In this document: in pieces, positions 1 through 12,574 of the stretch | How the letters are laid out: every line of letters starts with the position of its first letter | Numbering within the stretch: the first letter of the stretch is position 1 | NCBI GenBank assembly: GCA_964247055.1 | Contig: OZ176059.1 | Coordinates: 3,348,001 to 3,412,000 of the forward strand | DNA from: Paragordius varius | Lineage: Eukaryota; Animalia; Nematomorpha | DNA: 64,000 nt | Direction: 5' to 3' | Translations under genes and position numbers: made by a program | The notes under the pieces: model-generated | The model's input: only the letters and a program-made list of their open reading frames with translations | What the model was told of the DNA's origin: nothing | The model's database searches: none

Positions 1-478
1 TCAGTTTCACTTTTCTGGCAAATTTATTTTTTAGCAACTTTTTATATTTATGTTTCAGCAAATTATCAAGCAAAAGAACAACAGAATTTCAATTCAAATG
101 AAGTTTTTGAATCCAAAGATGGTGGTTTTATAACTCCGAAACAACAAAATTTACATCAAAATGTTCAAGAACAGAATTTAAATTCAAATGTAGTTTTTGA
201 ATCCAAAGATGGTGGTTTTATAACTCATAATCAACAAGAAAATTTAAATCAAAATGTTCATCAAGAACAGAATTTAAATTCAAATGAAGTTTTTTCTAAA
301 GATGGTGGTTTTATAACTCATAATCAACATCAAAATTTTCATCAACAAGAAAAAAATTTAAATTCAAATGTAGTTTTTGATTCTAAAGATGGTGGATTTA
401 TAACTCCGCAAAAACAAAATTTAAATCAAAATGTTGATTTAAAAGAAAAAAATTCAAATTCACCACAAAACGTTCAAA
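1..478 (+). CDS. ERP44: ERp44 exon 1 (partial): signal peptide plus Q/N-rich tandem repeats
   Basis: Frame 1 open from base 1: SVSLFWQIYFLATFYIYVSA (hydrophobic, ends VSA), then repeats to ...SPQNVQ. Donor A|GTAATT at 479 is phase 1 and matches the phase-1 acceptor TTTTAG|AT at 4873. Missed by the ORF track because there is no start codon in the window. Confidence 0.75.
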
Positions 479-3400
479 GTAATTATATTATTATAGTTAT
501 ATATAAATTAGTTTTAAATTTTATAAGTTTTGAAAAATATAAAATTATATTAGTTTAATTTTGTAGTTTTTATAAAAACATCAGTTTTAAGTTTTATATT
601 TTTTTTAATAATTTAATTTATGTTTTGAATTAATATATTAATATTAATTTTTTAAGTTTTGATTTAAATTTTTTGATTTAAATTTTTTTATTTTTTTAGG
701 TTTTTTATTTAAAAATATCTGATAAATTTATTTTATGTTTTTAAATTTTTAAGCTTTTATTTTATTTTTTTAAGTTATAAATTTTTTATTTTAATATTTA
801 GTTTTAAAAATTTAGTTTTTTATTTTAAATATTTTTGTTTTTTTAAAATATTTAATTATAATACATTTTAATTATTTTTTTATTTTATTAATATTATTTT
901 TTAGATTATTTTAATTTATTTTTTTAATATTTATTAAATTATAACTTTATTATAAAATTATAGAAAAATTTTTTATTTTTTTTATTTGTTTTTTTTTTTA
1001 TAAATTTTAATTTATTTTATTTGAGAATTTTTTATTTTAAATGTTTTTTTGAAATCATTTTTTAATATCTGCCCCCTCAAATTTATTTATTTGTCTGCGA
1101 TTTGTCATTTGAACTTTATTTAATCGTCTGCTGCGTATTCCTTCTAAATATCGTCTGCGTATTCTTTCTAATAATATCGTCTGCTTTTTTATTTGAATTT
1201 AATATCGTCTGCCTTTCAGATTCATCTAAACGTCTGCTTTAGGATAGTAAATTATTTGATATTTATTTAATCGTCTGCTGCGTATTCTTTCTAATAATAT
1301 CGTCTGCGCTTTAAAATTTTTAATTCGTCGTCTGCCCTTTCAACATCATTTATTTAAATGATAATTTGAAATTGAATATCGTCTGCTTTGTCATTAAAAT
1401 CTAATCTTCTGCCTTTATGATATAAAATTATGTCGTCTGCGCCTTGTCATTTCTATTTATTATCGTCTGTCTTTCAGAATGATTTAATCGTCTGCTTTAG
1501 GATTTTATTTTTAATGTCGTCTGCCGTATGATACAAATATTTGACTGCCATTTTTCATTTAATCGTCTGCTTTAGGATTTTAAATTATTGTCGTCTGCTT
1601 GATATAAAATTATCATAGTCTGCATTTTCATTTGGGGTTAATCGTTTGCTTTTGGATTTTTAATTATTATCGTCTGCGGTTTGTCATTTAAATTTATTAT
1701 TGTTTGCCTTTTTGATGTCATTTAATGGTCTGCTTTAGGATTTTATTTTTAATGTCGTCTGCCGTATGATACAAATATTTGACTGCCATTTTTCATTTAA
1801 TCGTCTGCTTTAGGATTTTAAATTATTATAGTCTGCATTTTCATTTGGTTTTAATCGTCTTTTAGATTTTTAATTATTATCGTCTGCGGTTTGTCATTTA
1901 AATTTATTATTGTTTGCCTTTTGATGTCTTTTAATAGTCTGCTTTAAGATTTTAAATTTATTGTCATCTGCCTTTATGATATAAAATTAATATCGTCTGC
2001 CTTTTCATTTGGTTTAAATCTTCTGCTTTTGGATTTTAAATTAAATATAGTCTGCTTTGTCGATAGTTATTACCGAGTGGTTTGTCATTAGATTTTATCG
2101 TCTGCCATTTTAAGTTCAATATCGTCTGCTTTTGTTTGATTTAATCTTTTTTGTTTACAATCATATAAATGTGGTCTGCTTTTTCCTACTAATCATCTGC
2201 TTTCCTAAAATTTAATATCGTCTGCTTCTTTAACATAAACATTTTGTTTTTGTATTATCTGCTCTTTTTATAGTCAAAATAAAAATCGTCTGCATATAGA
2301 TCGATTGCTATTTATTCTCATATTAATATCGTCTGCGTTTTATAGTCAAAATTATTATCGTCTGCTGCCATATTTAAAAAATAGTCTGACCTTTCTATAG
2401 CCAAATTTAATATCGTCTGCTTCAACGCAAATCATATAGTGAAGATATGGTTTAAATTTAATATCATCTGTTCTCTTAATAGTAAAAATAAAAATCGTCT
2501 GTTTTATCGTTAAATTTTATATCGTCTGCTCCCATTTATATATATATATATATATATATGCAAAGAGTAGTCTGCTCTTTTTACAGTCAAATTTAATATA
2601 GTCTCCTTCTATGCATATAAATCGTCTGCTCTTTTTATAGCTAAAATTAATATCGTCTGCTACCCTTTAAATTCAAAATTAATATCCTCTGCTTTTTATA
2701 GTCAAGTTAAATATCGTCTGCTGCTCTTTATATATTTATTTATAAATAATCGTCTGCCTTTTATGTAAATATATAAAAAAAACATAATATTAAATGTATA
2801 TTTTTGATATTTTTTAATTATTTTTATTTCAAAAATTTATATAACTTTCATATTATCGAACAAATTTTTAAAAAAATGAAATGATGATTTTTCAAATTTT
2901 TTTAGATAATTTTTATTAATTTAAATTAAATTAATATTTTTATAGTATGAATTCTAGATTTTAATCATATTTTAAATATTGACATTTTGATAATATTTTT
3001 AAAATTAAATTATTTTTTTTAAAATTTCAAACTTTTTTAAATATATTTTAAATAATTTTTAGTTATTTTTTGAAAATTTATTTGAAATTTAAATTTTTTT
3101 AAAATTATATTTTTGGATTTTCCGTCCGAACCTGCAGAGCTAACAGATGAAACTTTTTTTCTATAATTTTAAAATTTTAATTTTATTTTTAAATTAATTT
3201 AATTTTTTTGAAAAAACTTGATTAAAATACTAAATATATATTTTGAAATATATTTATTTATTCAATTTAAATTAATTATTTAATTTTATAAATTAATATA
3301 TATTAAATTTAATTATTATTTTTAATTAATTTTCATAAATTCAAAAAATTAAATTTTCCGTCCGAACCTAGTTAAGAGACGAAACTTTTAATTTTTAAAT

Positions 3401-6400
3401 ATAATAAGTTTGAATTTATTTTATTTTAAATAATTTTCATAATTTTTTTAAAATATTACTTAATTTTTTTTTAAATTTTTTTATATTTTTTAAATTATTT
3501 TGATTTTATTTATTATAAATTAATATATATTAAATTTATATTTATTATTTAAAATAATTTTAATTATTTTCCAAAAAAAATTAGATTTCCCGTCCGAACC
3601 TGCAGAGTTAACAGATGAAACTTTTTTATAAATTTAAAATTTTATATTTTAATTTTTTTAAATTTGTGTTAAATTTATATTTTTTTTAATATTTTAAAAT
3701 TAAAAAATTTTATTTCTAACTTATTAAAATTTAAATTTTTTTATTTATTTAAAAAATGGTTTGTTTTCAATAAAAAAACGCATTTTTTTCATATTTTTTA
3801 AAATTTAAATAATTTTTATAACAAATACTTTTAAAAAATTTTTAATTTAATATTTATTTTTTAATTTTGTTTATAAATTTTCAAAAAATTAGATTTTCCG
3901 TCCGAACCTGAAGAGTTAACAGATGAAATTTTTTTTTATATTAAATTTTTTGTAAATTATTTTTTTTAAACTTTAGAAATTTAAATTTACTAATTTTTTT
4001 TTTGAAATATATTGATTTAATTTTTTTTAATTCATATTTTATTAAAAGATAAAACATTTTTTAAAAAATTAGAAAGTTTCAATATAAAAAACGAGTTTTT
4101 AAATAATTTTTAAAATTAATATAAATTTTTTTATAATTATCAAATTATTTTTTTTATTAATTTTTTTAATCGCTTTAAATTCAAAAAATTAGATTGTCCG
4201 AACCTGCAGAGTGCACAGATGAAACTTTTATTAATTTAAATTTAATTTTATTTTTAAATTAATCTTAATATTTTTTTTATAATATTATCAAAACATTTTT
4301 TTTATTTTAAATTTTATTTTATTTTTCATTATTTTTTATTTATGTAAAAAAAACATTTTTTGATTTAAATAAATAATTACAGATAGTTTTATATAAAAAA
4401 TCTTTTTCGAAATATATTGGTTTTATTTATTTTAAAAATTTATATTAAAATTTAAATATATTTTTAATATTTTTTAAAAATATAAAATATTAAATTAATT
4501 TTATTTAAAATTATTAAAATTTTATTTTAGATTTCCCGTCCGAACCGGCAGAGTTAACAGATGAAACTTTTAAAACTTTTTTATAAAAATTTTAATTTTA
4601 TTTGTAAATTAATTTTATTATTTAAAATTTAAATATAAATAAAAAAATTTCTTTTAAACCCATTTAATTTTTAAAACTTTATATTATTTTAAATTTTATT
4701 TAAACAAATAAATTTTTGGTTAAAATAATTTTCAATAGATTTTTTCCTTATGATATATAAAATTTGTTTTATTTTAAATAATTTATTTATTTTAAATTAA
4801 TATATATTAAATTGATTTATATTATTTTTATTTTTTTTAAATTTTTTTTATTTTTTTTTAAATTATTTTTAGATTTCCCGTCCGAACCGGAAGAGTTAAC
4901 AGATGAAACTTTTAACCGAACCATAAAAGGTTACGATTTAGTTTTCGTCAATTTTTATGCCGATTGGTGCCCATTTAGTCAAATGTCGAATCCCATTTTC
5001 ACGGAAGCATGGAAACAGCTGGTAACCAAACTTCAAAAGGAGGAGGAAATCATAAAATCAGCTGGTAAATATTTTTTTATAAATGTTTAAATGAATCTTT
5101 TAAATATGAGCTGTGAAAAGATTTTATTATTTTATAAAAGCATTTATTTTTCTTTAACTGATTTTTTAGGCTTCATTTAGATTTTATAAAAAAATGATTT
5201 TTGTAAAAGCATAAAATCAGCTGGTAAAGATTTATTAAAATTCTCGTTTGAATGAATTTAAAAAAGTACTATCAGCTGTAAAATAATTTTGGGTTAAAAT
5301 CAACTCATTATTGTATATATAATATTTTTAATTTTATATTAAATTTATTTAATATAAAAGAAAGTTTATGTTAATATAAAGTAATTGGTATTTTTTTATA
5401 TTTTAAAAATTGAATATTGAAATAATTTTTTAATTATATATATATTAAAATCAGCTGTTCTAAAAAATTATTTTCTTTTTAACCTATTTTTTAATCTTTA
5501 TGGCAATTTTATAAAAAAATGATTTAATTTTAAAAGTAAAAATAATTTTTTTCATATAAAAAATGATTTTAATAAAAGACATAAAAGTAGGTGATAGTAT
5601 AAATTATTTAATAAAATTATTTATATTTAGCATATAAATAAAAGTTTGAATAAAAAAATACAAAAAATTAAGATTTTTTTAATTGTAAAAAAAAGAAAAA
5701 TAAATAATTTTAAATTTTTAAACAATTTATAAAAATTTTAATATATAACTCTAATACTTTTATGTTATTTTCATTTGTTATAAAGATTTCCCCTTAAATC
5801 AGGTGATTAATGAATGAAACATAACAAGGCATGTTTTTGTTTTAATAAACTAAAATATTTAATAAAACACCAACAAATAATTTAAAATAATTTTAATATA
5901 AAACTTAAAATAAACATTTCCTAATGCTTATATGTCATTTTTGTTTTAATTCCAAAAAATCAGGTGATTTTATGAATGAATTGATAATAAGGAAATATTT
6001 TTCAAAAAATCGTTAATTTTGTTTTGTTTAATTTTTAATTCCTCTTAATCAGGTGATTTTATGAATGACATTTCCCACGAACAAGGGACGATCATGTTTT
6101 AAAAAAATATCAATATATATAATATTTAAAAAAAAATTGAAGAATAAATAATTTTTAAAAATATTGATAAATAAAAAAAATATAAATTTTCTTTATCTTT
6201 TATGTATGTCATTTGCGTTTTTTGTTAAAAAAATTGATTTTAATTTAATCCAATAAATATAATAAGCAACTAAAATTTATATAGTTTCATTTTGTTTTTA
6301 TTTTAAATTTACCTTTTAAAATCAGGTGATTAAGGAATGTAATGCTAAAAAAGACGATTAATTTTATATTTAAATAAATGGAAATTATATAAAAAATTTA

Positions 6401-7188
6401 AATTATAAATCGCATGGTATGTAATTTTGTTTTAATTGTAAATTTCCCTTTTAAAATCAGGTTGATTTATGAATGAATGCTTAAAAAAGAAACGATTAAT
6501 TTATTGTTAAAAAAAACGATTTTAATAAAATGAAAAAATTTATGTAAATTATCTAAAATTATATATTTTTTTTAGAGTATTGCTACCCCTAAACAGGTGA
6601 TTTTATGAATGAAATGCCCCTTCAACAAGGGACAATTTTTATGACTAAAAAATTAATTTTAATAAAATTAAACATTTTATGTAAATTATAAATGTCATAT
6701 AATTTCGTTTCATATTTATAACTAACAGGTGATTAATGAATGTAATGCTCAAAAGTACTTTTTTGGACAAAAATTTTAATAAATAAATAAATTTATATAA
6801 AAAAATGTAAATTATAATAAAAGAATATATTTTTGTTTAATATAGTTTTATTTTCAAATATATCAGGTGATTAATGAATGTTATGCTAAAACATGGGTTA
6901 AAAAATTTGAAATAATATGTATAATAAAATTTATATAATTTGTTTTATATTTAAATTTTCCTTCTAATCCTAGGTTATTAATGATTTAATGCCAAAAAAG
7001 AACAATAAAAAATTTATATAAAAAATTATAAATTATAAAACAAAATTTTTATTTTGTTTTATTTTATTTTATTTATATTTTTCCCGGGAAAAATAGGTGA
7101 CCAGGTGAACTGAAATATGGAATAAAATTATTTTATTATCAGTCAATAAAAGAAAATTTATATTTAACTACCTTTAAATTTTATGATG

Positions 7189-7252
<64 letters not shown>

Positions 7253-9734
7253 TATAAATATATATATAAATAAATATATAAATTCTTTTGTATATATTTG
7301 TATAATTTATATAGATATAATTTATATATTTATAATTATTTATGTGTTATATATTTAAAAACAGGTGATCAGTGAAGGAACTGAAATAAAGAAATAGATT
7401 TATTTCTTTTATTATGAGCTATGAAAAATTTTTTTATAATTAACTACCTTTAAATATTATTATTATTATAATTTAGATTTTATACATATATTTTCATTTT
7501 TATTATCAAAAAACAGGTGATCACGTGAATGAAACCAATTTTTATTTAAAAATTATACTACATAACAAAACATTGATTAGTTTATAATTTTTATATTTAA
7601 TTCTCAAAACAAAATATTATATATAAAAAATTAAAAATATATAAAATTTAAATCAATCCTCAAAATAATAAAATTAAATTTATATGTAATTTATAAATTC
7701 TCCCTAAAAACAAATGATCAGATAAATACTGCCGATATATATAATTTAATGAAATAATAAAATATTTCATTTATATTTTCCCTAAAACAGGTGATCTCAT
7801 TGAACAACGGACAGTCAGTTTTTGTTAAAAATAAAATATTTAAAATTTAAATTTAATGAAATCCTCAAAATAAAAAATAATTTTATATCAAAATCTTTAA
7901 ATAATAAAATTTATTATATATATTTTTCATAAACTTTCCTTCCATTTTTCAAAACAGGTGATTACATGAATGAACCACGGCGGACAGTCATGTTTTTGTT
8001 AAAAATATTTAAAATTTAAATTTAATGAAATTTTTAAATTAAATATATCATAATAATATTTTAATGGTAATTTATCATATTAATTATTTTAAAATTTAAA
8101 ATAAAAATTTATATATATATTCCCTTAAAAACAGGTGATCATATGAATGAACCACGGAGGACAGTCATGTTTGCTCGGCTGAATGCAGAACAGTTTCCAG
8201 CTGTTCGAGACTCAGCTGGCATTACAAAATATCCAACGTGGCGTATTTATAGGCTTGGGGCAAGCCGTGGAGAATATCGCGGGCAAAGAGATGCCAGCGC
8301 AATCGCCGCATTCATTCACGCACAGCTGACTTACCGAGTGAATGAGGTAACATCTGTTGGTCAATTGCATGCACTCATGCGGCCATATGATCATAGACAC
8401 GTGCCAGATGTTAGCCGGGAAAATAAATCAGCTGTTGTCGCGATTTTAGGTGATTCAGAAGCAAAAAAGAAAAATGAACTAACAATAAAAACTTTGGAAA
8501 TGATTGGTTTCTTAATGCGAGATGATTGTAACATATTTGTGGCCCGAGGGCCAGAGTATAAATCAGCTGTTGACGCCACTCACGCCGCCACTAAAACAGC
8601 TGACGACGTTTTATTTTACAGGTGCGTTTGGTTTGTATAATCTTACATTTCTTTTTAAAAAAGATTACAGATTAAAAATGTTTGTTTTTATAGATTTTAA
8701 AGATAAAAATTGAAATTATATGACATAAATGTGTTTTATAAAAGATGGCAGGATATTTTTTAGTATTATTTCAAACTCTATAGTAGGTCTTCTTCGCAAC
8801 ACCACACAGTAGTGTATGGAAAAAAATAATATTGACTAAATTGGTAAGAAAGAATGGAAATAAAGTGCTGTTTTTATTTAACCTTTTGTTGTTTTTTCAT
8901 AAATTGCCCTTAAATATAATATAGTATTTAGGAAAAATTTTTTTTTATAAATTATTTCTATATGATAAATTTATTCCAGTTCAGCAGTTTTTTATTCTTC
9001 TATCTAGACCAGCTTATGAACAAACGATTGAGCATTTCCCATCTGCTTCGCCCTCAGCAGCTGATAGCAATCAGCTGTTGGATCGAATGAGTGAATGGAT
9101 TTTTCGACATTGCACACCACGTATCCCTGAAATCACGCGGGAAAATGCCGAAGAACTTACGGAACGGAATAAACCGCTCCTCATACTTTTTTACAATCCA
9201 CGTCAAGATTTAAAACCCATTGAAACATTCAAACGCATCGTCATGGCAACCATTCTATCAGCTAATTCCCCTTGGGCCGATCGGATTCAGCCGGTTTATG
9301 CGAGTAGCACAGTTTTTGCTCACCCACTCCAACATATGGGCAAAACGGATGCGGACTTACCACTCATTGCCATAGATTCATTCGCACACATGTTTGCATT
9401 CCCGCACCCTTTTAGTGCGCTTGAACCAGCTGTTCCCGGTCACGCATCCCATCAGCTGTTGGTTCAATTTGTGGCGGATTTATTTAGCGATAAATTGCAC
9501 CGCGAATTCCACAACTCTGAACATCACCATGGTAACGCGCCACCGCCCTCTAATGTTATCCACATTGATTTGAACGTTGCCCCCGGCAACGCCCAACTAG
9601 CTGATGCCAAAACAGCTGATTACACTGGACAACAAAGTACGCAAAAGGTCGAATCTGCCTTCAATAAACTCAAACCATCTTACACGCGTTACTCCATGCT
9701 AGAGGATGAACACAGCCCACGTGATGAATTATAG
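1..9734 (+). CDS. ERP44: ERp44 (ER-resident thioredoxin-domain protein 44 / TXNDC4) homolog, 4 coding exons: <1-478, 4873-5064, 8135-8621, 9008-9734; start codon upstream of the window
   Basis: All three introns are GT-AG and phase-compatible (1,1,2). Protein shows ERp44 hallmarks: FVNFYADWCPFS (CxxS, cf. CRFS), KYPT...EYRGQR, EIT.EN.EELTE..KPLLILF, FAHPL.H..KT.ADLPLIAIDSF.HM, KLHREFH, ESAF.KL.PS..RYSML and C-terminal RDEL-stop. Confidence 0.93.
82..445 (+). repeat. Coding tandem repeat, 4 units of 87-93 bp (QNLNSNxVFxSKDGGFIT...)
   Basis: AAAGATGGTGG recurs at 115, 205, 298, 385 (spacings 90, 93, 87, all multiples of 3). Confidence 0.95.
1065..2760 (+). repeat. Array of the motif ATCGTCTGC with variable AT-rich spacers (ERp44 intron 1)
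   Basis: Dozens of ATCGTCTGC/variant cores about 25-40 bp apart; internal higher-order duplication (about 1490-1720 vs 1730-1925). Confidence 0.92.
3115..4570 (+). repeat. Six degenerate copies of the ERp44 exon-2 acceptor plus first ~40 nt, spaced 230-340 bp
   Basis: AGATTTYCCGTCCGAACC..GAGTTAACAGATGAAACT at about 3115, 3352, 3581, 3889, 4189, 4525; the functional copy is at 4871. Confidence 0.93.
4873..5064 (+). CDS. ERP44: ERp44 exon 2 (thioredoxin a domain, WCPFS)
   Basis: TTTTAG|ATTTCCCG...TCAGCTG|GTAAAT; FPSEPEELTDETF...FVNFYADWCPFSQMSNPIF. The TTG start of ORF 4812 is intronic. Confidence 0.95.
5790..8010 (+). repeat. About 15 degenerate copies of the ERp44 exon-3 acceptor/exon start (CAG|GTGAT..ATGAATGAA)
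   Basis: CAGGTGAT or close variant at about 5800, 5961, 6050, 6323, 6458, 6594, 6726, 6864, 6971, 7094/7102, 7362, 7514, 7788, 7955; the functional copy is at 8132. Confidence 0.9.
7190..7247. repeat. (TA)n microsatellite
   Basis: Uninterrupted TA run of about 58 bp. Confidence 0.95.
8135..8621 (+). CDS. ERP44: ERp44 exon 3
   Basis: AAACAG|GTGATCATATG...TACAG|GTGCGT; in frame with ORF 8143 (KYPTWRIYRLG...EYRGQRD). Confidence 0.95.
9008..9734 (+). CDS. ERP44: ERp44 exon 4 (b' domain, His-rich tail, RDEL)
   Basis: TCTAG|ACCAGC is phase 2; in frame with ORF 9078; ends PRDEL-TAG. Confidence 0.97.
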
Positions 9735-10569
9735 GCATGTCAGCTGATCTTGACCGCACGCTAAATGGTGTAACAGATGATTAAATGAAAAAATTTGCTC
9801 TGACCATTGCAATAATACAACAGAAATTTTTTTACGGAATTATATAATATTTTACGAAAAATATATACATAATATGCAAAAGATTTTGTATTACATTTTA
9901 CTGTGTTAACTAATCAGATGGTTTTAAACAGCTGATTCTGGAATTATTTAATATTATCGCGCGCGCAATTTTTAAAATATATTATTTATAAATTGTATAT
10001 ATTATTTTTCAATAAAAATATTACGATTTGGTAAAAAATATTCTTACCATTCCTTTTATTAATAATAAAACACTTTTTATCAATATAATCAGCTGATTAA
10101 TATCCTACCAAGTTGATGTTAAATTTACATTTTATTGTTTACCCCCTTAATATTATCAGCTGTTTTGATTCCTAATATTTATAAAAAAAATGTTTTCGAA
10201 AAATTATATGTATATATATTTTATACTAATTTTTATTTTTATAAAAAAATTAGTTTTAAAATATTTTATTTGTTCCACAAAGATATGTATTTAAAAAAAT
10301 TATATTTTTTTATAAAAATACTTATTCCCACGTAATTAGCTCATAAATATTTTTAATAATTTTCTTTTAAATATTTAATTTATATATATAATATACATAA
10401 TTTTATAAATGTATTTTAATATATATTTATATAATTGTTTTATTTCTAATATCATTCCAAATTTTTTTGTTTTTAAATTATTTAAATAAAATTATATTTA
10501 GAAAAAAACATTTTTTTTGTCAATTTTTTTTATTTTTTTGTATATAAATATTTCGATTAAATATGTACA

Positions 10570-12000
10570 TTTTTACATGCATTCATTTTAACTCATGTCT
10601 TTATTTTCTAAATCAGGTGATTGTTTAGATTAATAGGTGATCACCTGATATATTGAATAAAAAATAAAAGTATTAATTTTTTATTTACATTTAAGATTAT
10701 ATTTACGTTTTAAGATATATTGAACGTTTTTTCATGCATTCATTTCAACACATGTGTTTCTATTTTCATAAATCAGGTGATTGGGTTTTGTCTAATAATC
10801 AGCTGATATATTAAATAAAAAATATATTTAAATTTATTGCGCATAAATTTATTATTTACTTACACCTTATTATCTGAGTATGGATTTAATTACGTTTTTT
10901 AGATTTTTCATAACTTATTTTATTAGTTCATTTACACATATGTATTCCATTTTTATATCACCTGTTGGTGTAAAAATATCAGCTGTTAACGCTTAAGTAA
11001 ATAAAAAATAAAAATATATATTTTTTGTGAAGATCAAATCTACGTTTTTTAGATTTTTTATATAAAATTACCTGATTGCAAAAATATCAGCTGATAACGT
11101 TTAAAAATATTAAATAAAAATTATATATTTATATAATATTTTTAAGTATTAATAAAGTTTTATTGTGCACTCATTTAACATTGTTTTTTATCAAAATCAG
11201 CTGATTAAGTTATTATTTAAGAAAAAACATAGCTGATAATGTCAATTAATTATTTGATAAACCCGCAAAATAAATATATAATTTTGTGTAAAAATTAATT
11301 TATTATTTTTACGTTATCTGATTAAGATTTAAATTTAAGTTTTAGGGTTATTTCATTCATTTATTTCAACATATGTTTTTATTTTATCATAAATCAGCTG
11401 ATTGAAGAGATATATAATTAGCTGATAACATTTATAAAAAACAATTTCTTTATATTTTATATATAAAATTAATTTTTTATTCACGTTATTATCTGATTAA
11501 GGATAAAATTTAAGTTTTCATACATTCATTTTAACATACGTTTTTTAAAATCATCTGCTATATATTTTTACTAAAACAGCTGATAACTCTTACGTATATA
11601 TTTTTAATATATAAATTAAAAATTTCTTATTTACGTTATCGTCTGATTAAGATTTAGTTTAACTTAGGTATTTAAAAAGTTGGTTCAATCATTTGAAACA
11701 TATGCTTTTTTTTAATCATCTGCCATATATTTTTACTAAAACAGCTGATATCTTTTACGTAAATATTTTTTATGTATAAAATTAAAATTTTTTGTTTACG
11801 TTATCGTCTGATTAAGGACTTAACATACGTATTAGAAAGTTGATTCAATCATTCATTGAAACACATGTTTTTATTTATTCATTAATAAACTGATTATATT
11901 GATATAGTCTTTTAACTAAAACAGCTGATAAAGTTTTATTTATGTCTTTTTAAATTAAAACAAAAAATAATTTTATAAATTTATGTTATCAGCTGATTAG
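10570..12000 (+). repeat. Degenerate tandem repeat (~150-190 bp units) 3' of ERp44, each carrying E-box-like cores
   Basis: Recurring CATTCATTT..AACAYATG....ATCAGSTGATT...CAGCTGATA...TTACGTT..TCTGATTAAG modules. Confidence 0.7.
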
Positions 12001-12574
12001 GTTTTAAAAAAATGAGCTTTTTAAATAAACATATGTTTTATAATTTTAAACAAGAGCTCTGAAAATTATATTTATACATACATATTAACAATGATATGTT
12101 TTTTAACCCAAATATTATTGATTAAATGTAATATTTTTTAATTTATTTTATGATAAAATAATTTTTAATATAAAATAATATTTTAATTTATTTTAAATAT
12201 TAAATTAAATATTTCAAATATTAATTTTTATAATAATTAATTAATATAAATTTATATTATTTTATTTTTATTAATATATATATTTTTATAAATTTTTTTG
12301 TTTTTTGTTATTAATTAAATTTATATTTTTGTAATCTATAATATATTTATTATTTTAAAGGTGTAATTTATTAATTTTTTTTCAAATAAAAATATTGTTT
12401 ATTTAAAAAAATATATAATATAAATTTTAAAATTACATCATATTTTATATAATCTTTTTTATTTTATTAATTAATTATTTAATCAATTATTTATTTTTTT
12501 TATAATTTTCTAAATTTAAGTATTCAATAATTTTTATAATTTCTATTATATAATTTCACTATTTATATTTGATT

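Noticed and set aside
1065-2760. CRISPR array
   Set aside because: The conserved core is only ~9 bp, spacers are related AT-rich sequences of irregular length, the context is a spliceosomal intron, and there are no cas genes.
4812-4872. N-terminal part of ORF 4812-5090 (MIYIIFIFF...)
   Set aside because: Poly-T intron tail upstream of the TTTTAG acceptor; it is not a signal peptide.
8212-8713. ORFs 8212-8400(-), 8391-8579(-), 8522-8713(+)
   Set aside because: Shadow frames of ERp44 exon 3 with no independent coding features.
10135-10335. ORF 66 aa
   Set aside because: F/Y/K/I low-complexity translation of AT-rich 3' flank.
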